Positions 50,231 through 64,000 of a stretch of 64,000 nucleotides of DNA are shown here, one piece after another (the stretch's first letter is position 1; the number at the start of each line of letters is the position of its first letter). Under the pieces are notes generated by a model. It made no database searches. It was not told the origin of the DNA and was given only the letters and a program-made list of their open reading frames with translations. Position numbers and translations under genes: made by a program. Source of the DNA: Calcarisporiella thermophila CBS 279.70 (Eukaryota; Fungi; Calcarisporiellomycota); the NCBI RefSeq assembly GCF_041956535.1, contig NW_027192213.1:120480-184479 (forward strand), read 5' to 3'.

Positions 50231-50953
50231 GCTTTGCTATATAACATGCGCAATATGCTTTGTAGAGAATGAATACAATTTGCATAAAACTTCAACCCCC
50301 GAATAATGAAAACGGATATATAATGTCCGAATACATTCTATGGGTTTGTGAATTTGATCGGTAGTATTCACAATAAAAAACACTGCGCTGATTCCATGGA
50401 GATAGCATAGGAAACTATGAATTTTTAACTTTTGATTTTCATTATTATATGACACTGAGTATCTTCAACTGCCAGTACATTTTGGCTTGAAATTTACATC
50501 TTTACGCCCTCGTCGTAAAATGGTGACAGTTTTCACTAAAAAAAGGAGAGAGGGGGCTAATATACGAGAAAAAAGGAGATTCGACTCCTGACTCCTGGCT
50601 ATAAAGTAGCATTGGATTCCACGTTGGATATTTGACAGGGGATTGTAAATTCCATTATATAGGCCAAGCACAAATGTACATTTTATTTTTTCCTAGGATC
50701 CATTCCGCGGCAGAAAAAAGGTGAGGATAGTGTATTCAAAAATTCAATATGCCTCTTATGGATGGATTTAAGTTTCACAAAGTCGTTATCCCTGGAACAA
50801 ACAAAGCAATTATAAAAAGTCCCCGAGAAAAGAAAAAAAGAGGGTATAACCCGCATGGGTATTGACTTTCGAATAATCAGCCATGAAGAACGCGTTTAAA
50901 AAAGCAGAGTCACTGGCTATTTTCCTGCTCGGTTTTATTGTTCTTAGAGCTTA

Positions 50954-51555
50954 ATGCGACTCGTCTATACTACGACGCTTTTGTTGTTTACCCTCGCGGA
51001 GGGTAATATAGTCGAGATCTCCTCTGGCGATAACAAGTTTGATCCTTCTGTTATAACAATAAGAGTTGGAGACATTGTGACCTGGCGCTTTAAAGAAGGA
51101 CCACACTCTGTGACGCAAGCACTGGCTAGTGCTCCTTGTAAGCCTGCTTATACTGGGTTTGATTCTAAAATTATGTCCAAAGGAGGTGAGAAATATATAT
51201 CATTATAATGCCGGATATACTATTATTTTGTGCGCGGCTCTCTCAACCCTCGTTCTCTCTGACTGTAGATACATTCAACCTGACCTTCGATCGTCCCGGG
51301 ATAGTTAATTATTTTAGCGCTGTAGGAACCAAGTGCCAAGAAGGAATGCGGGGGAAGTTGCTGGTTATTCCACTAAGTGGAATAATATCTTCAAATTTTC
51401 GAAAAGGCGAAACAGAACTGTTACAGCGTATCACTTCTGCTGGCTCTTCCATTAATACCCCCTCAAGATATGCAATATTCGCATTATTAATAGCTGTAGT
51501 TCATAACCTTTCGGTGTTTTTTTCCCCTTATTTTTCATTGCAACATGCATCCTAG
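50954..51555 (+). CDS. Extracellular cupredoxin-like, probably GPI-anchored protein, 2 exons
   Basis: Signal peptide; FDPSVITIRVGDIVTWRF..GPHSVTQ..PC..GFDS; intron ~51187-51268; YFSAVGTKCQEGMRG; hydrophobic C-terminus. Confidence 0.75.
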
Positions 51556-51761
51556 CAACTTGTATATAACCATTACGAAAATGGCATACTTTGTAGATAA
51601 ATATATAATAAAAATATAAAATATAAAATAGCAAAAATAAACAGTCAAGTGAATATGGTAGAACATTAGTGTTATATACAAGTAATAGTAAATATCTCTG
51701 ATATTACTATTAAAGGGGAAATCGATATACAGCCTCAAATAAACTCTATGAGAAGGGTCTA

Positions 51762-54700
51762 TCATGAATCGGATTTCACGTCCCAATTCTCGTTTCTCTT
51801 AGATATTTTGTCGCGCTCTTTCCACTTTTCTAGCCAGGCGGTAAAGTCAAATTCTTTATCAGAATTTGTAAGCAGAAAAGGATGTTGAAGTAGCTCGGAA
51901 GCTTTGGGTCGCTTATCCGGGTCACTAAAAAAAAGGAACTGTTAATGATTCCGTATTGGATTGTAGTTCAGGCTAGAATATCAGCTCACATCACAAAGCA
52001 CTTTTTCAAAAAGTCTCGAGCATCCTCAGGGATGTCGTCCGGAACAGGTGGCTCCAGTTTCGAGATATTCACCAGCGCAGCATAAAAAGCTACCCCGTGC
52101 CAAGGTCGGTTACCCGTCAGCATCTCAAGCACAAGCCCGCCCAGCGACCACACATCCACTTTAGCACTGTAAGCGCCTCCTTGGAGGACCTCAGGGGCCA
52201 TCCAATATAGTGTGCCTTTAAAAGACATGTGAGAATTCTGCTCATATGCTTCTCCTCGATTATTGACCTTCGATAGACCAAAATCTGTGATCTTGCATGT
52301 GCCACAGGGATCAATAAGAACATTGCCGCCCTTGATATCACGATGAAGCAACCCCCGGTCGTGGAGATACGCTAAGCCTCGTGTGATCTGCCTTGTAAAG
52401 TGGCGAGTGAGTGCTGGCTCAAATGGCCCATATTGGTTCAGACAGCTCTGCACCGAGCCACCCGATACATATTCAAGGAAGAGGTTGAGCTCTTTGTCAG
52501 TGACTTCGAATCCAAGGTACTGAACAATGTTCTCGTGTTCAAGCGTCTGTAGTGTATTGATTTCTGAGCGGAGTGCGTGCACCATGCTTTGCTGGCGTTC
52601 ACTTCCGTCTTCAAGGAAATTCGAGGGGAGCTCTACCTGTTTTACTGCGATCATTTCTCCAGTAGTAACATTTAGTGCATGGAATACTTTTGCGAACGAT
52701 CCGCGTCCAATTTGCTTGCCTTTAATCCATTGAAACTTGGGTGAGGAGGAGATCCCTATAACCATGGAAAATTCCAATAGTATAAGCTTGAGAAACGAAT
52801 TTTTAAAATACTAAATCTAGGGTTACCAAATGTAGCTTCGAGCACATGCCCTGGTTCTTCAACTTCCACTTTAGATGCGCGTCTTCTCAGAGAAGATTTC
52901 ATTTCTGCAACCTGGGCGCCCCACATTTTGGAACTTTTCTGGCGATGTAGCGAAATCTTAGATGTTGCTGGGCGAGGAAAAAGGCGGGAAAAAGTTTTGT
53001 TTTCCACTAGTTCAGATTCATCGCCTTGTAAGTTTTGGTGGCGTGCCTTATTTACCATGGCACGAATCGAAGCTTTATGAATCAAGCCTGGCTTCAATGG
53101 GTAGGATATCTCTTGTACGTCCTGCGTAACCGCCACGATAGGCCGATCCAAATCATGATCCAAAAAGTATTGATCCAAGTGATTGTACACCATCTCAAGG
53201 GGGGGGCGATCTCCCCAAAAATATTCTTCCTTTTCTTCATATTTCCGGATTCCATCGATAGAAATTTGGGTGTTATCAGGCTGATTGATGTTTTTTTGTG
53301 GGCCTTCAATTGGGGTAGGCTCGCTACTTGCTTGCTCTTTTGTTTTGGTATCATCCCCATCCCCTGTGTCAATTCCTATCTCTTTCATAAAATCATCCAA
53401 CACTCCGATGACATCTTCGACTGTTTTACCTCGCTGGCAATTTTCTGAGTACAGATGTACATCAGCAGCGGGAGAGGTACTTGAGACAGAGGGAGCAGGC
53501 ATGCTTTGTGGTGAAGGATAAATTATAGGAACGTGAGTATTCTGTTGTCGAATTGGGAAAGAGCCGCCAGGGAACATGAGTTGAGGATGGACGAAGCGGC
53601 CGCCATAAGGAAGAGGGTGGACGTAAGGGGGACGGTATCCAGGCATGAGCATCATCTGTGGCACAGAATATGGGTAGTTGTGAGGAAGATTCGCGCGCGG
53701 CAAGTATGCTCCAGGCAGGTAATGTAATGTTCTCCCGGCCATTGGAGGAATAGGTCTACCAGGAGGTGCAACAAAGCCATGTCGAATATCTCCAAAGCTG
53801 CGTGCCGTTGGAGGCATAGGGGATGAAGGATCGGCTCGGGAAACTGCGATAGGCTTCGTAGCAGGGTCGAGAATTTTTTCTACTTCCGGTTGGCCAGCCT
53901 CTTCTTTCTGAGAAGAGCGATGGCTTACTATAGAAGGTGAGTTAGATAAATCAGGTGGAATATGGTTGATATCAGAACTGCTTTGGCGTGGTTGCTGAGG
54001 TTCAGACGCGCGTTCTGAGTTATTGGAGGTGGGTTCAAGTGGATGCACGCTTGAAGGTTTCGTAATCTGAGCTTGGCTATTTAACAGAGGTGAGTTTATC
54101 GGTAAGATGGCAGGCGGCGAAGGATGACTATCATAATTAGACACATTGCTTGCGGTAGAATCAGTTGCCCATTGTGAAGCCGGCGCGCTGGGTATAATTT
54201 CTGATGGCGTTTCTTTACTCTCATACTGTCGCAGCAGGATTTTAGCTGGCGAATTATCAGTCGATGAATTACAAACGCGCATCAACTCTTGATCGGATAG
54301 CAGCCGTTCAGTGACTTAAGGAGAGAGATTAAAATTCAAGAAATAGACTGCATAAGACTAATGCAAAGTATTTGTTTACCTCCTGTTAATGTATCGACCA
54401 AGAATAAAGAGTGTTTTTCCCATTCGCCCTGTATCATATATCGCTTTCTCAGTTCGTCATATATCTTTTTCCGTATTAGGTTTGGAAGTTCGACACCCGT
54501 CACTTCGACCTCAAAATACACGAGCTTATTAACTGACACTCTTATAAAGTTCTAGGATAAATTAATTTCGTAAAAATCTTGGATTATAACCGATAATGAT
54601 AACAGAAATAAACTACCCTAGGTTTCGGGGATTCATACAGCTACCAGAGTTAAAAATAAAACTATTAATATGTATATCGTGCATTAATTTGAGATTCGAA

Positions 54701-55639
54701 GCATTACCACAGAGCTACTATTACTAGCGGATCGACTCCGACTATGCGTGAAAGATTGTGTCAATGAGTCATAGGAAGTCTGCGGACTCCTTTGCGGAGT
54801 ACCTTCTACCGTAGAGATGGGTGGTGTCCAGCTCAGTTGTAGTGGAGGCACATATACACAAGGTAATGTAGGGCAGCCGTCTCTCTTGTAAATAGGTGGT
54901 TTCATCGAGGTTGAATTCGAAGGAACAATTTCCGGAGCATTAGAAACAGGAAGTGAATACTTATTAGAAGAGGTATAGCTATAGTAGGTTCCATGATTGC
55001 TAGCTGCAAAGACTGGGTGTTCACTTTGTTTTGTGGCAACCAACGATCCGGGAAGGCTTCTTTCACTAGAGGTTACCGCATTCCCATTATTTGGTGCAGA
55101 ATACCCTAATCCACGTAAAGATGGGGCTACTGGTGTTGTTGGGGAGACACTAGCAGCATTTGAAGATGCACCGGAAGGAGAGGTTCCATATTCGGCGAAA
55201 TCAATGTTCATGTTTTTCCGTGTAGAAAGGAAATTTGTGGGCTTTCGTGAGATAAGCATTTGGATTAAATCGCGGATTGCTGAGAGAAGGAATTTCTTCT
55301 CTGTGGAGCTTGCTGGGAACCACCATAATTCATTTTGTGATAATCCAAAGAATTTTCGACCGCAAATCTCACGCTCTATTTAACAAGGGAATAACCATGT
55401 TTGAATTAGATAATCAACTAAACAAAAAGACATTCTGTCGTGCGATTACGAATTCATAATCCTTCCTGTTCAATTAGTACATAATGGCAATGAGGCATAC
55501 CTTTGAATGATTTACTGTATCGACCGAATCCATTATCTTCGAGCCAGCGTACAACGCGGTTGACATCCCATTCATGAAGTACATTTTCATCGAGCCGTTC
55601 AATATCTGATGGGTAGCATGGAGAAATGTTTTCACGCAT
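51762..55639 (-). CDS. BCK1: MAP kinase kinase kinase of the cell-wall-integrity type (Bck1/Mkh1-like), multi-exon
   Basis: N-terminal SAM-like WDVNRVVRWLEDNGF; WGDRPPLEMVYNHLDQYFLDHDLDRPI and RQKSSKMWG; kinase QWIKGKQIGRGSFAKV, AVKQVELP, LFLEYVSGGS, HRDIKGGNVL, GTLYWMAPEV. Confidence 0.85.
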
Positions 55640-55774
55640 CACATCCAATCATTAGTTTCATTAATCGCCTAATTTTTTTCAGTCGGTTTTGGAGAGTAAC
55701 TGTCAAATATAAAAATAGATTGGGGGCTTAAAGGACACGGATACCCAAAAGTTTGCGTCATAAAAAATGACGTT

Positions 55775-55813
55775 AACGCGATTTATATTATGTTTGGACG
55801 CGAATTTTCGCGT
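55775..55813. promoter_or_regulatory. MCB/SCB/E2F-like G1/S elements upstream of MCM3
   Basis: AACGCGAT at 55775-55782 and palindromic ACGCGAA-TT-TTCGCGT at 55798-55813, 80-120 bp before the MCM3 ATG. Confidence 0.55.
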
Positions 55814-55893
55814 TTTATTATTATTTTTTTTTTCACTTTACATTGCATACGATTGAATCCAATCATCATTCGTGAGATAAAAATATAGTCATC

Positions 55894-58990
<3,097 letters not shown>

Positions 58991-59209
58991 TTTATATTTG
59001 GCTAATGTTCCTTTTTTGGGATTAAACTATTCAAGACTTAGTATATTTTTATTCAATTTAATCATATACTTTTGTAAACAATAAATTCGAAAATACGTAG
59101 ATTAAATGAAACACCTTTTTAAAGGAATATGAAAAACAAAATTACGATTATCAGCCGGACGAATAAATCAGCTAGGATGTTTAGCTTAACATAAAACAAT
59201 CAAAACTTT

Positions 59210-59291
59210 CGACAGCTGCAGGATTTGAACCTGCGCGGGCAGTGCCCATATGATTTCGAGTCATACACCTTAACCACTCGGTCAAGCTGTC
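59210..59291 (-). tRNA. tRNA-Ser(CGA)
   Basis: GACAGCT..AGCTGTC-G acceptor stem; D arm CCGAGTGGTTAAGG; anticodon arm TATGA-CTCGAAA-TCATA; long variable arm GGGCACTGCCC; T arm GCAGG-TTCAAAT-CCTGC. Confidence 0.95.
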
Positions 59292-59377
59292 AATTTCGAC
59301 TTCTTTTGTTACGAGGATATTGGCTTTTGGTACGGAAAGTCACATAAGCAGTCACTTAGATACTCGGGAGGTGAGAT

Positions 59378-59718
59378 GGGGGAGGGTTAGTGTAGTGGAC
59401 TATCCCTGGTATGCCGACGAGAACGGCGTGGGTTCGAATCCCACTTCCCCCACCAGCACTTACTCTTAGTTTGTGACTGCTGTCCACTTGATCAGAAATT
59501 GAGTCTTCATTATTGAAAAGATCGCTCCTACGATAAGTACAAAGATTACATCGGTTTCACGTACATGCTATTCACGACAACTACGATCCACGCAAATCGA
59601 TTGAACGCCTATCTATCAAGGACCTATATCTCGTCATGTTAAAGTCCATTGACATTAACTTCATGTAATATATGGAAATTAAATAAAAAGTTTCCATTAA
59701 TTGATCAAAAAAAAAAAA
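59378..59718 (+). mobile_element. tRNA-derived SINE, copy 1
   Basis: tRNA-like head with A box TAGTGTAGTGG, B box GGTTCGAATCCC and an ACCA end; ~250-bp body; poly(A). TSD ATACTCGGGAGGT at 59360-59372 is repeated at 59718-59730 (truncated by the gap). Confidence 0.9.
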
Positions 59719-60733
59719 TACTCGGGAGGTNNNNNNNNNNNNNNNNNNNNNNNNNNNNNNNNNNNNNNNNNNNNNNNNNNNNNNNNNNNNNNNNNNNNNN
59801 NNNNNNNNNNNNNNNNNNNNNNNNNNNNNNNNNNNNNNNNNNNNNNNNNNNNNNNNNNNNNNNNNNNNNNNNNNNNNNNNNNNNNNNNNNNNNNNNNNNN
59901 NNNNNNNNNNNNNNNNNNNNNNNNNNNNNNNNNNNNNNNNNNNNNNNNNNNNNNNNNNNNNNNNNNNNNNNNNNNNNNNNNNNNNNNNNNNNNNNNNNNN
60001 NNNNNNNNNNNNNNNNNNNNNNNNNNNNNNNNNNNNNNNNNNNNNNNNNNNNNNNNNNNNNNNNNNNNNNNNNNNNNNNNNNNNNNNNNNNNNNNNNNNN
60101 NNNNNNNNNNNNNNNNNNNNNNNNNNNNNNNNNNNNNNNNNNNNNNNNNNNNNNNNNNNNNNNNNNNNNNNNNNNNNNNNNNNNNNNNNNNNNNNNNNNN
60201 NNNNNNNNNNNNNNNNNNNNNNNNNNNNNNNNNNNNNNNNNNNNNNNNNNNNNNNNNNNNNNNNNNNNNNNNNNNNNNNNNNNNNNNNNNNNNNNNNNNN
60301 NNNNNNNNNNNNNNNNNNNNNNNNNNNNNNNNNNNNNNNNNNNNNNNNNNNNNNNNNNNNNNNNNNNNNNNNNNNNNNNNNNNNNNNNNNNNNNNNNNNN
60401 NNNNNNNNNNNNNNNNNNNNNNNNNNNNNNNNNNNNNNNNNNNNNNNNNNNNNNNNNNNNNNNNNNNNNNNNNNNNNNNNNNNNNNNNNNNNNNNNNNNN
60501 NNNNNNNNNNNNNNNNNNNNNNNNNNNNNNNNNNNNNNNNNNNNNNNNNNNNNNNNNNNNNNNNNNNNNNNNNNNNNNNNNNNNNNNNNNNNNNNNNNNN
60601 NNNNNNNNNNNNNNNNNNNNNNNNNNNNNNNNNNNNNNNNNNNNNNNNNNNNNNNNNNACTTTTGTTTCGAGAAAATTGGTTTTTGTACGGGGAAGTAAC
60701 AGAGGCAGTCACATAGGCATTCAGGAAGCGCGA

Positions 60734-61074
60734 GGGGAAGGGTTAGTGTAGTGGACTATCCCTGGGATGCCGATGAGAACGGCGTGGGTTCGAATCCCAC
60801 TTCCCCCACCAGCACTTACTCTAAGTTTGTGGCTGCTATCCACTTGATCAGAAGCTGAGTCTTGATTATTGAAAAGATCGCCCTTACGATAAGTACAAAA
60901 GATTACATCGGTTTCACGTACATGCTATTCACGACAACTACGATACACGCATATCGATTGAAAGTCTATCGATCAAGGATCTATATCTCGTTATGTTAAG
61001 TCCATTGACATTAAATTCATGTAATATATGGAAATTATATAAAAAGTTTCCATTGAAGATCAAAAAAAAAAAAA
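60734..61074 (+). mobile_element. tRNA-derived SINE, copy 2
   Basis: About 90% identical to copy 1 by eye; poly(A); perfect 15-bp TSD ATTCAGGAAGCGCGA at 60719-60733 and 61075-61089. Confidence 0.92.
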
Positions 61075-61141
61075 ATTCAGGAAGCGCGATATCTTTAAAG
61101 TGGAGCAGCCAATAGAATTGATTACCGCTACGTTGCCGACC

Positions 61142-61196
61142 CCCTCGTGGTTACTCGCCGCCCTCGTGGTTACTCTTATACTCCCTCATGGCTATC
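61142..61196 (+). repeat. Short direct repeats CCCTCGTGGTTACTC x2 plus a degenerate third
   Basis: 61142-61156, 61161-61175 and CCCTCATGGCTATC at 61183-61196. Confidence 0.7.
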
Positions 61197-61476
61197 TTGT
61201 TGATGTTGATTGATACTTTGTTGTCTTATCTATCTCATCTTTGAACACCAGTGAGAGTTATTCTCCTTTGATCACAATTCTATTTAAACCCTTTGGTTTA
61301 TTTTAATGTTCAACACCAATTCCCTGAATTATTAAGATAAATCTCTTATTTCTATCAAGATCCGGATACCCCTCCACACAAACCTCCTTTCGCCCGTAAC
61401 ACTTATGTTAGAATTTGAGACACATATCAAGCTATCCCAACGATATTCAAGCTCCGACATTAATTAGGAACTTTCG

Positions 61477-61788
61477 GTGCTGACTGCTCGCAACCTCATA
61501 CTAGGAGACCTCACGGAATCCTCGAGAACAGCGAGACACGTAGCCCGAATTACTTTTGACTCGGTGTTGTGGCAAATCCACCGAGATCGGATCGCCTTTC
61601 ATTTCGAAAGCACCCGAGCCTCACCCGAAATAATCATCAACCGGGCCAAACTAGATTTTGAGGAAGCGATAGGAGCCGAACTAATCCGAGCACGAAAAAA
61701 CCGGCAAATCGAACAGTTTCGAAGAAGGTGGTGCAAGCTGGGCGCGGTTAGAGAAGGAGCGATCGGAGCGGCACTGATACTGGGATAA
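61477..61788 (+). mobile_element. Possible 3'-terminal fragment of an L1/Tx1-like non-LTR retrotransposon ORF2
   Basis: VLWQIHRDRIAFHFE...FRRRW resembles the LWxIWxxRNxxxF...FxxxW C-terminal pattern of L1-clade ORF2. No RT domain is visible. Confidence 0.4.
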
Positions 61789-61961
61789 CGCAGTAACCCC
61801 TACCTTATCCCCTTCCTATCCTCTGCTTCCATTTGTTTACTCCTCACCCATTTTTCATGTTATCCTTTGATATCCACAGTTAGTTGAGTTTCACCACTCC
61901 CTTACCTATTTGAGCTGAAAGTCGATATGACCAACATATCATTTCGATCTACAATATCCTT

Positions 61962-62638
61962 TCATGTTCTCCACACTTCCTCCCTGAATTCCGTTTTATA
62001 TTGCCTCAGGAAAGCCGCACGGAATTTTTCCCACGTATCTAATTCCGCTTCTTGGCGCTGGTACCACGTGGCTGCATTACACAGGCAGTAGGATCCAACA
62101 ACTCTACATGCAGTTGTATCGTTCCAGTTGTTAGCCTTGACAGCATTCTCGAAGCTGCGTAGCCAACCCACCAGATCCTCCATCGTTATTCCGTACCAGG
62201 GTATCGGCGTAATGAGGCGCCGTTCAGCCATGCCTTCCTTTTTATTAGCAGTCGTTTTTATTTTTGCTTGAAGTCGCGTGTTGGGTGCCAAGGTGGATAT
62301 CCTTGTATGAATTATTCCTAGTTGAACCCCCACAAAAATGTTGCGTGGAATTAGGAATTCGTGGTGAGAACAGTAAGCTCGTGTTCGAGTCCGAGGGCAA
62401 AAAAACTAATCCTTTATACTCCTTCTCCCCTGTTTTTTGTGTGTGTTGGAAAAGGTTCCTTATATATGAATGAAAAATAAGACAAAAACAATATAAGAAT
62501 ATTAATGTGGCCGCAATTTAAACACTAGTTGCATTCGTTAAAAGAAAAATGGCTCGAAAAGATAGAAAATCTGACTAGAAATATAAACATAAAGAGAAAA
62601 TTATGATAAAGTCTGCATCGACCAAAGTGATCGCAACG
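61962..62638 (-). mobile_element. Truncated Ty3/gypsy element: LTR (62339-62638), PBS-like site and gag fragment
   Basis: LTR bounded by (c)GTTGCG...CGCAACA with TATATAA inside; followed by TGGGGGTTCAACTAGGAAT (tRNA-Pro-like PBS); gag-like WLRSFENAVKANNWND..AATWY..TWEKFRAAFLRQY. Confidence 0.65.
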
Positions 62639-63319
62639 AATAAGAGGAGTCCTCAAATGGTAAGGATTCTCTGCTCGATGGCCATTCCTCATTTGATGTT
62701 CCACTATATCGGTTTTTCCCAGTCCTTGGAAAATGTCGTCGTATCCGTCTAATGGTGCGCTTAGCTCCTCCGATTTCAACTCAATGCCCTCCAGATGGTT
62801 CTCCCATATCTCCTCTGCAAGGATGATGCTGAGTAGTTCAGACTTCTTGTCAGTCCGGTTCCTTTTTATGCTCTCCAATCTGGTGACTACCCGCCCAAAC
62901 GGTCTGCGCATTACCAACTCATCTTGGTCAACGTCTGGATAAGTTCGATTTATTTTGAACCAGCTATTCCCCAAGATAATGCAGTCACTCTCACGATAGA
63001 ACACAAATAGGCTGATGAGTGTTGGGACTCCTTCCACCTTGATTTGTACATTAGTTATCAGTCCCAGGGTTCTGATATTCCCATCATCAGCCACAGTAAG
63101 CGTTCTACAGAGTGGTCGGTCGATTCGTAGGCATTACTTGCGAAGTAATCCTTTCGTAATCACGCCTGTAGCTGCACCTGAATCAAAGATCGCTCCAACT
63201 GATCGGTCATTGGCGGTGATAATACCTCGAGACGCTTTGAAATCGTCGAAATCGAACTCATCCACGTTTAATCCCAGATCAAGATCAACGGTATTTATTC
63301 CTAAGGAGACTCTGCGCAA
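62639..63319 (-). mobile_element. Degenerate Ty3/gypsy pol fragment (aspartic protease to pre-RT)
   Basis: AIFDSGAATGVI, stop codon, ADDGNIRTLG, IILGNSWF, DIFQGLGKTDIVEHQ. Confidence 0.75.
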
Positions 63320-63896
63320 TATATCTGTAAGCTCTCGTCGTACTGCTTGTGAGTGTAACAGGTCGATTCATTTACAGTACTCTTATATAAATGACGGTCG
63401 AATTCACATCGTATTATTAGGATAAAGGATAGTTTATTAATTGCATTTTATTAATTTGTTCTATTGATTTTGAATGCTGCATTTTTACTCAGCCTTAGGA
63501 AAAAGCCAAATTAAGTTACATTATTTGTTTTCCTATTTTTAGATAGTCCCATTCAATCTAGTTTCTTTCTCTTCGCCGATCTTCTATTTCATAAAGATCT
63601 TTGTCTACCATAGGAACCCCGGTATATCCCTACAAAAACTCGCCCGGTGAAAACTGTTAGAAAATGTATAGAAACACGTAGAAAAGATGGAGGACGTTTG
63701 CGATTTCTTAAATTTTTACTTAGTGGAAAGACCAGGCACGACAAGACAGAGGCAACCCTAATGGAAGAGCTAGACGCGACAAGACGGCGAGAGTTATTGT
63801 AGAGAACCAGATTGGAAAAGACAGATAATACTAAAAGAGAACAGAGACGACAAGCAAGACACAGAATTAGTGGAGAATCCAGGCACTTTTTTCTTT

Positions 63897-63978
63897 GTGC
63901 TGGCGGGGGTTACGCAATTCGAACCCGTGCCATCTCGATGGCACCCATGAGAGCTTACCACTAAGCTACTCCACCCCC
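63897..63978 (-). mobile_element. tRNA-like head of a related, second SINE-like family
   Basis: GGGGGTGGAGTAGCTTAGTGGTAAGCTCTC..GTGCCATCGAGATGGCAC GGGTTCGAAT..AACCCCCGCCAGCAC. Same architecture and CCAGCAC junction as copies 1 and 2, but a different downstream body. No canonical anticodon arm. Confidence 0.6.
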
Positions 63979-64000
63979 GGAAGGCTAACTTCTGAAAAAA

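Noticed and set aside
59378-59456. tRNA-like sequences at 59378, 60734 and 63978 as functional tRNA genes
   Set aside because: No canonical anticodon arm, encoded CCA and no downstream T-run terminator; the first two continue into a shared body with poly(A) and TSDs, so they are called SINE heads.
59649-60716. 330-355 aa ORFs in the track
   Set aside because: Made almost entirely of N-gap translation.
61142-61196. Spaced short repeats as CRISPR-like
   Set aside because: Only 2-3 units with 4-7 bp spacers in eukaryotic TE debris; no cas genes.

Overview
This is intron-rich eukaryotic DNA with fungal-type GT..CTAAC/CTGAC..YAG introns. The gene content (CSL factor, Bck1-type MAPKKK, DUS1 with a C-terminal Cys cluster) fits a non-Saccharomycete, probably early-diverging fungus; the lineage is inference. 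There are about 25 protein genes. Core genes: DUS1, a SET-domain methyltransferase, cytosolic HSP70, GPI10, TEX1, HSF1, MED17, ATG1, UAP1, a CSL transcription factor, NSR1, ETT1, PRM10, BCK1 and MCM3. Accessory genes: two paralogous PPxY membrane proteins, two small genes sharing a C-x2-C-x4-P-x-H-x3-C motif, a secreted dibasic-site polyprotein of ~60-aa Asn-rich repeats, a class-3 lipase, a tandem family of secreted Cys/Pro/Thr repeat proteins and a degenerate cupredoxin. The right end holds tRNA-Ser(CGA) followed by a retroelement cluster. Highlights: (1) two copies of a ~340-bp tRNA-derived SINE, each with its own distinct target-site duplication, sit at the same position in homologous tRNA 5'-flank sequence, suggesting tRNA-gene-targeted retrotransposition; (2) the Kex2-type Asn-rich repeat polyprotein; (3) the unannotated CCHC micro-genes. 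Two assembly gaps (31721-32084, 59731-60658) limit interpretation. Exon boundaries were read by eye, and multi-exon CDS spans run from start codon to stop codon.
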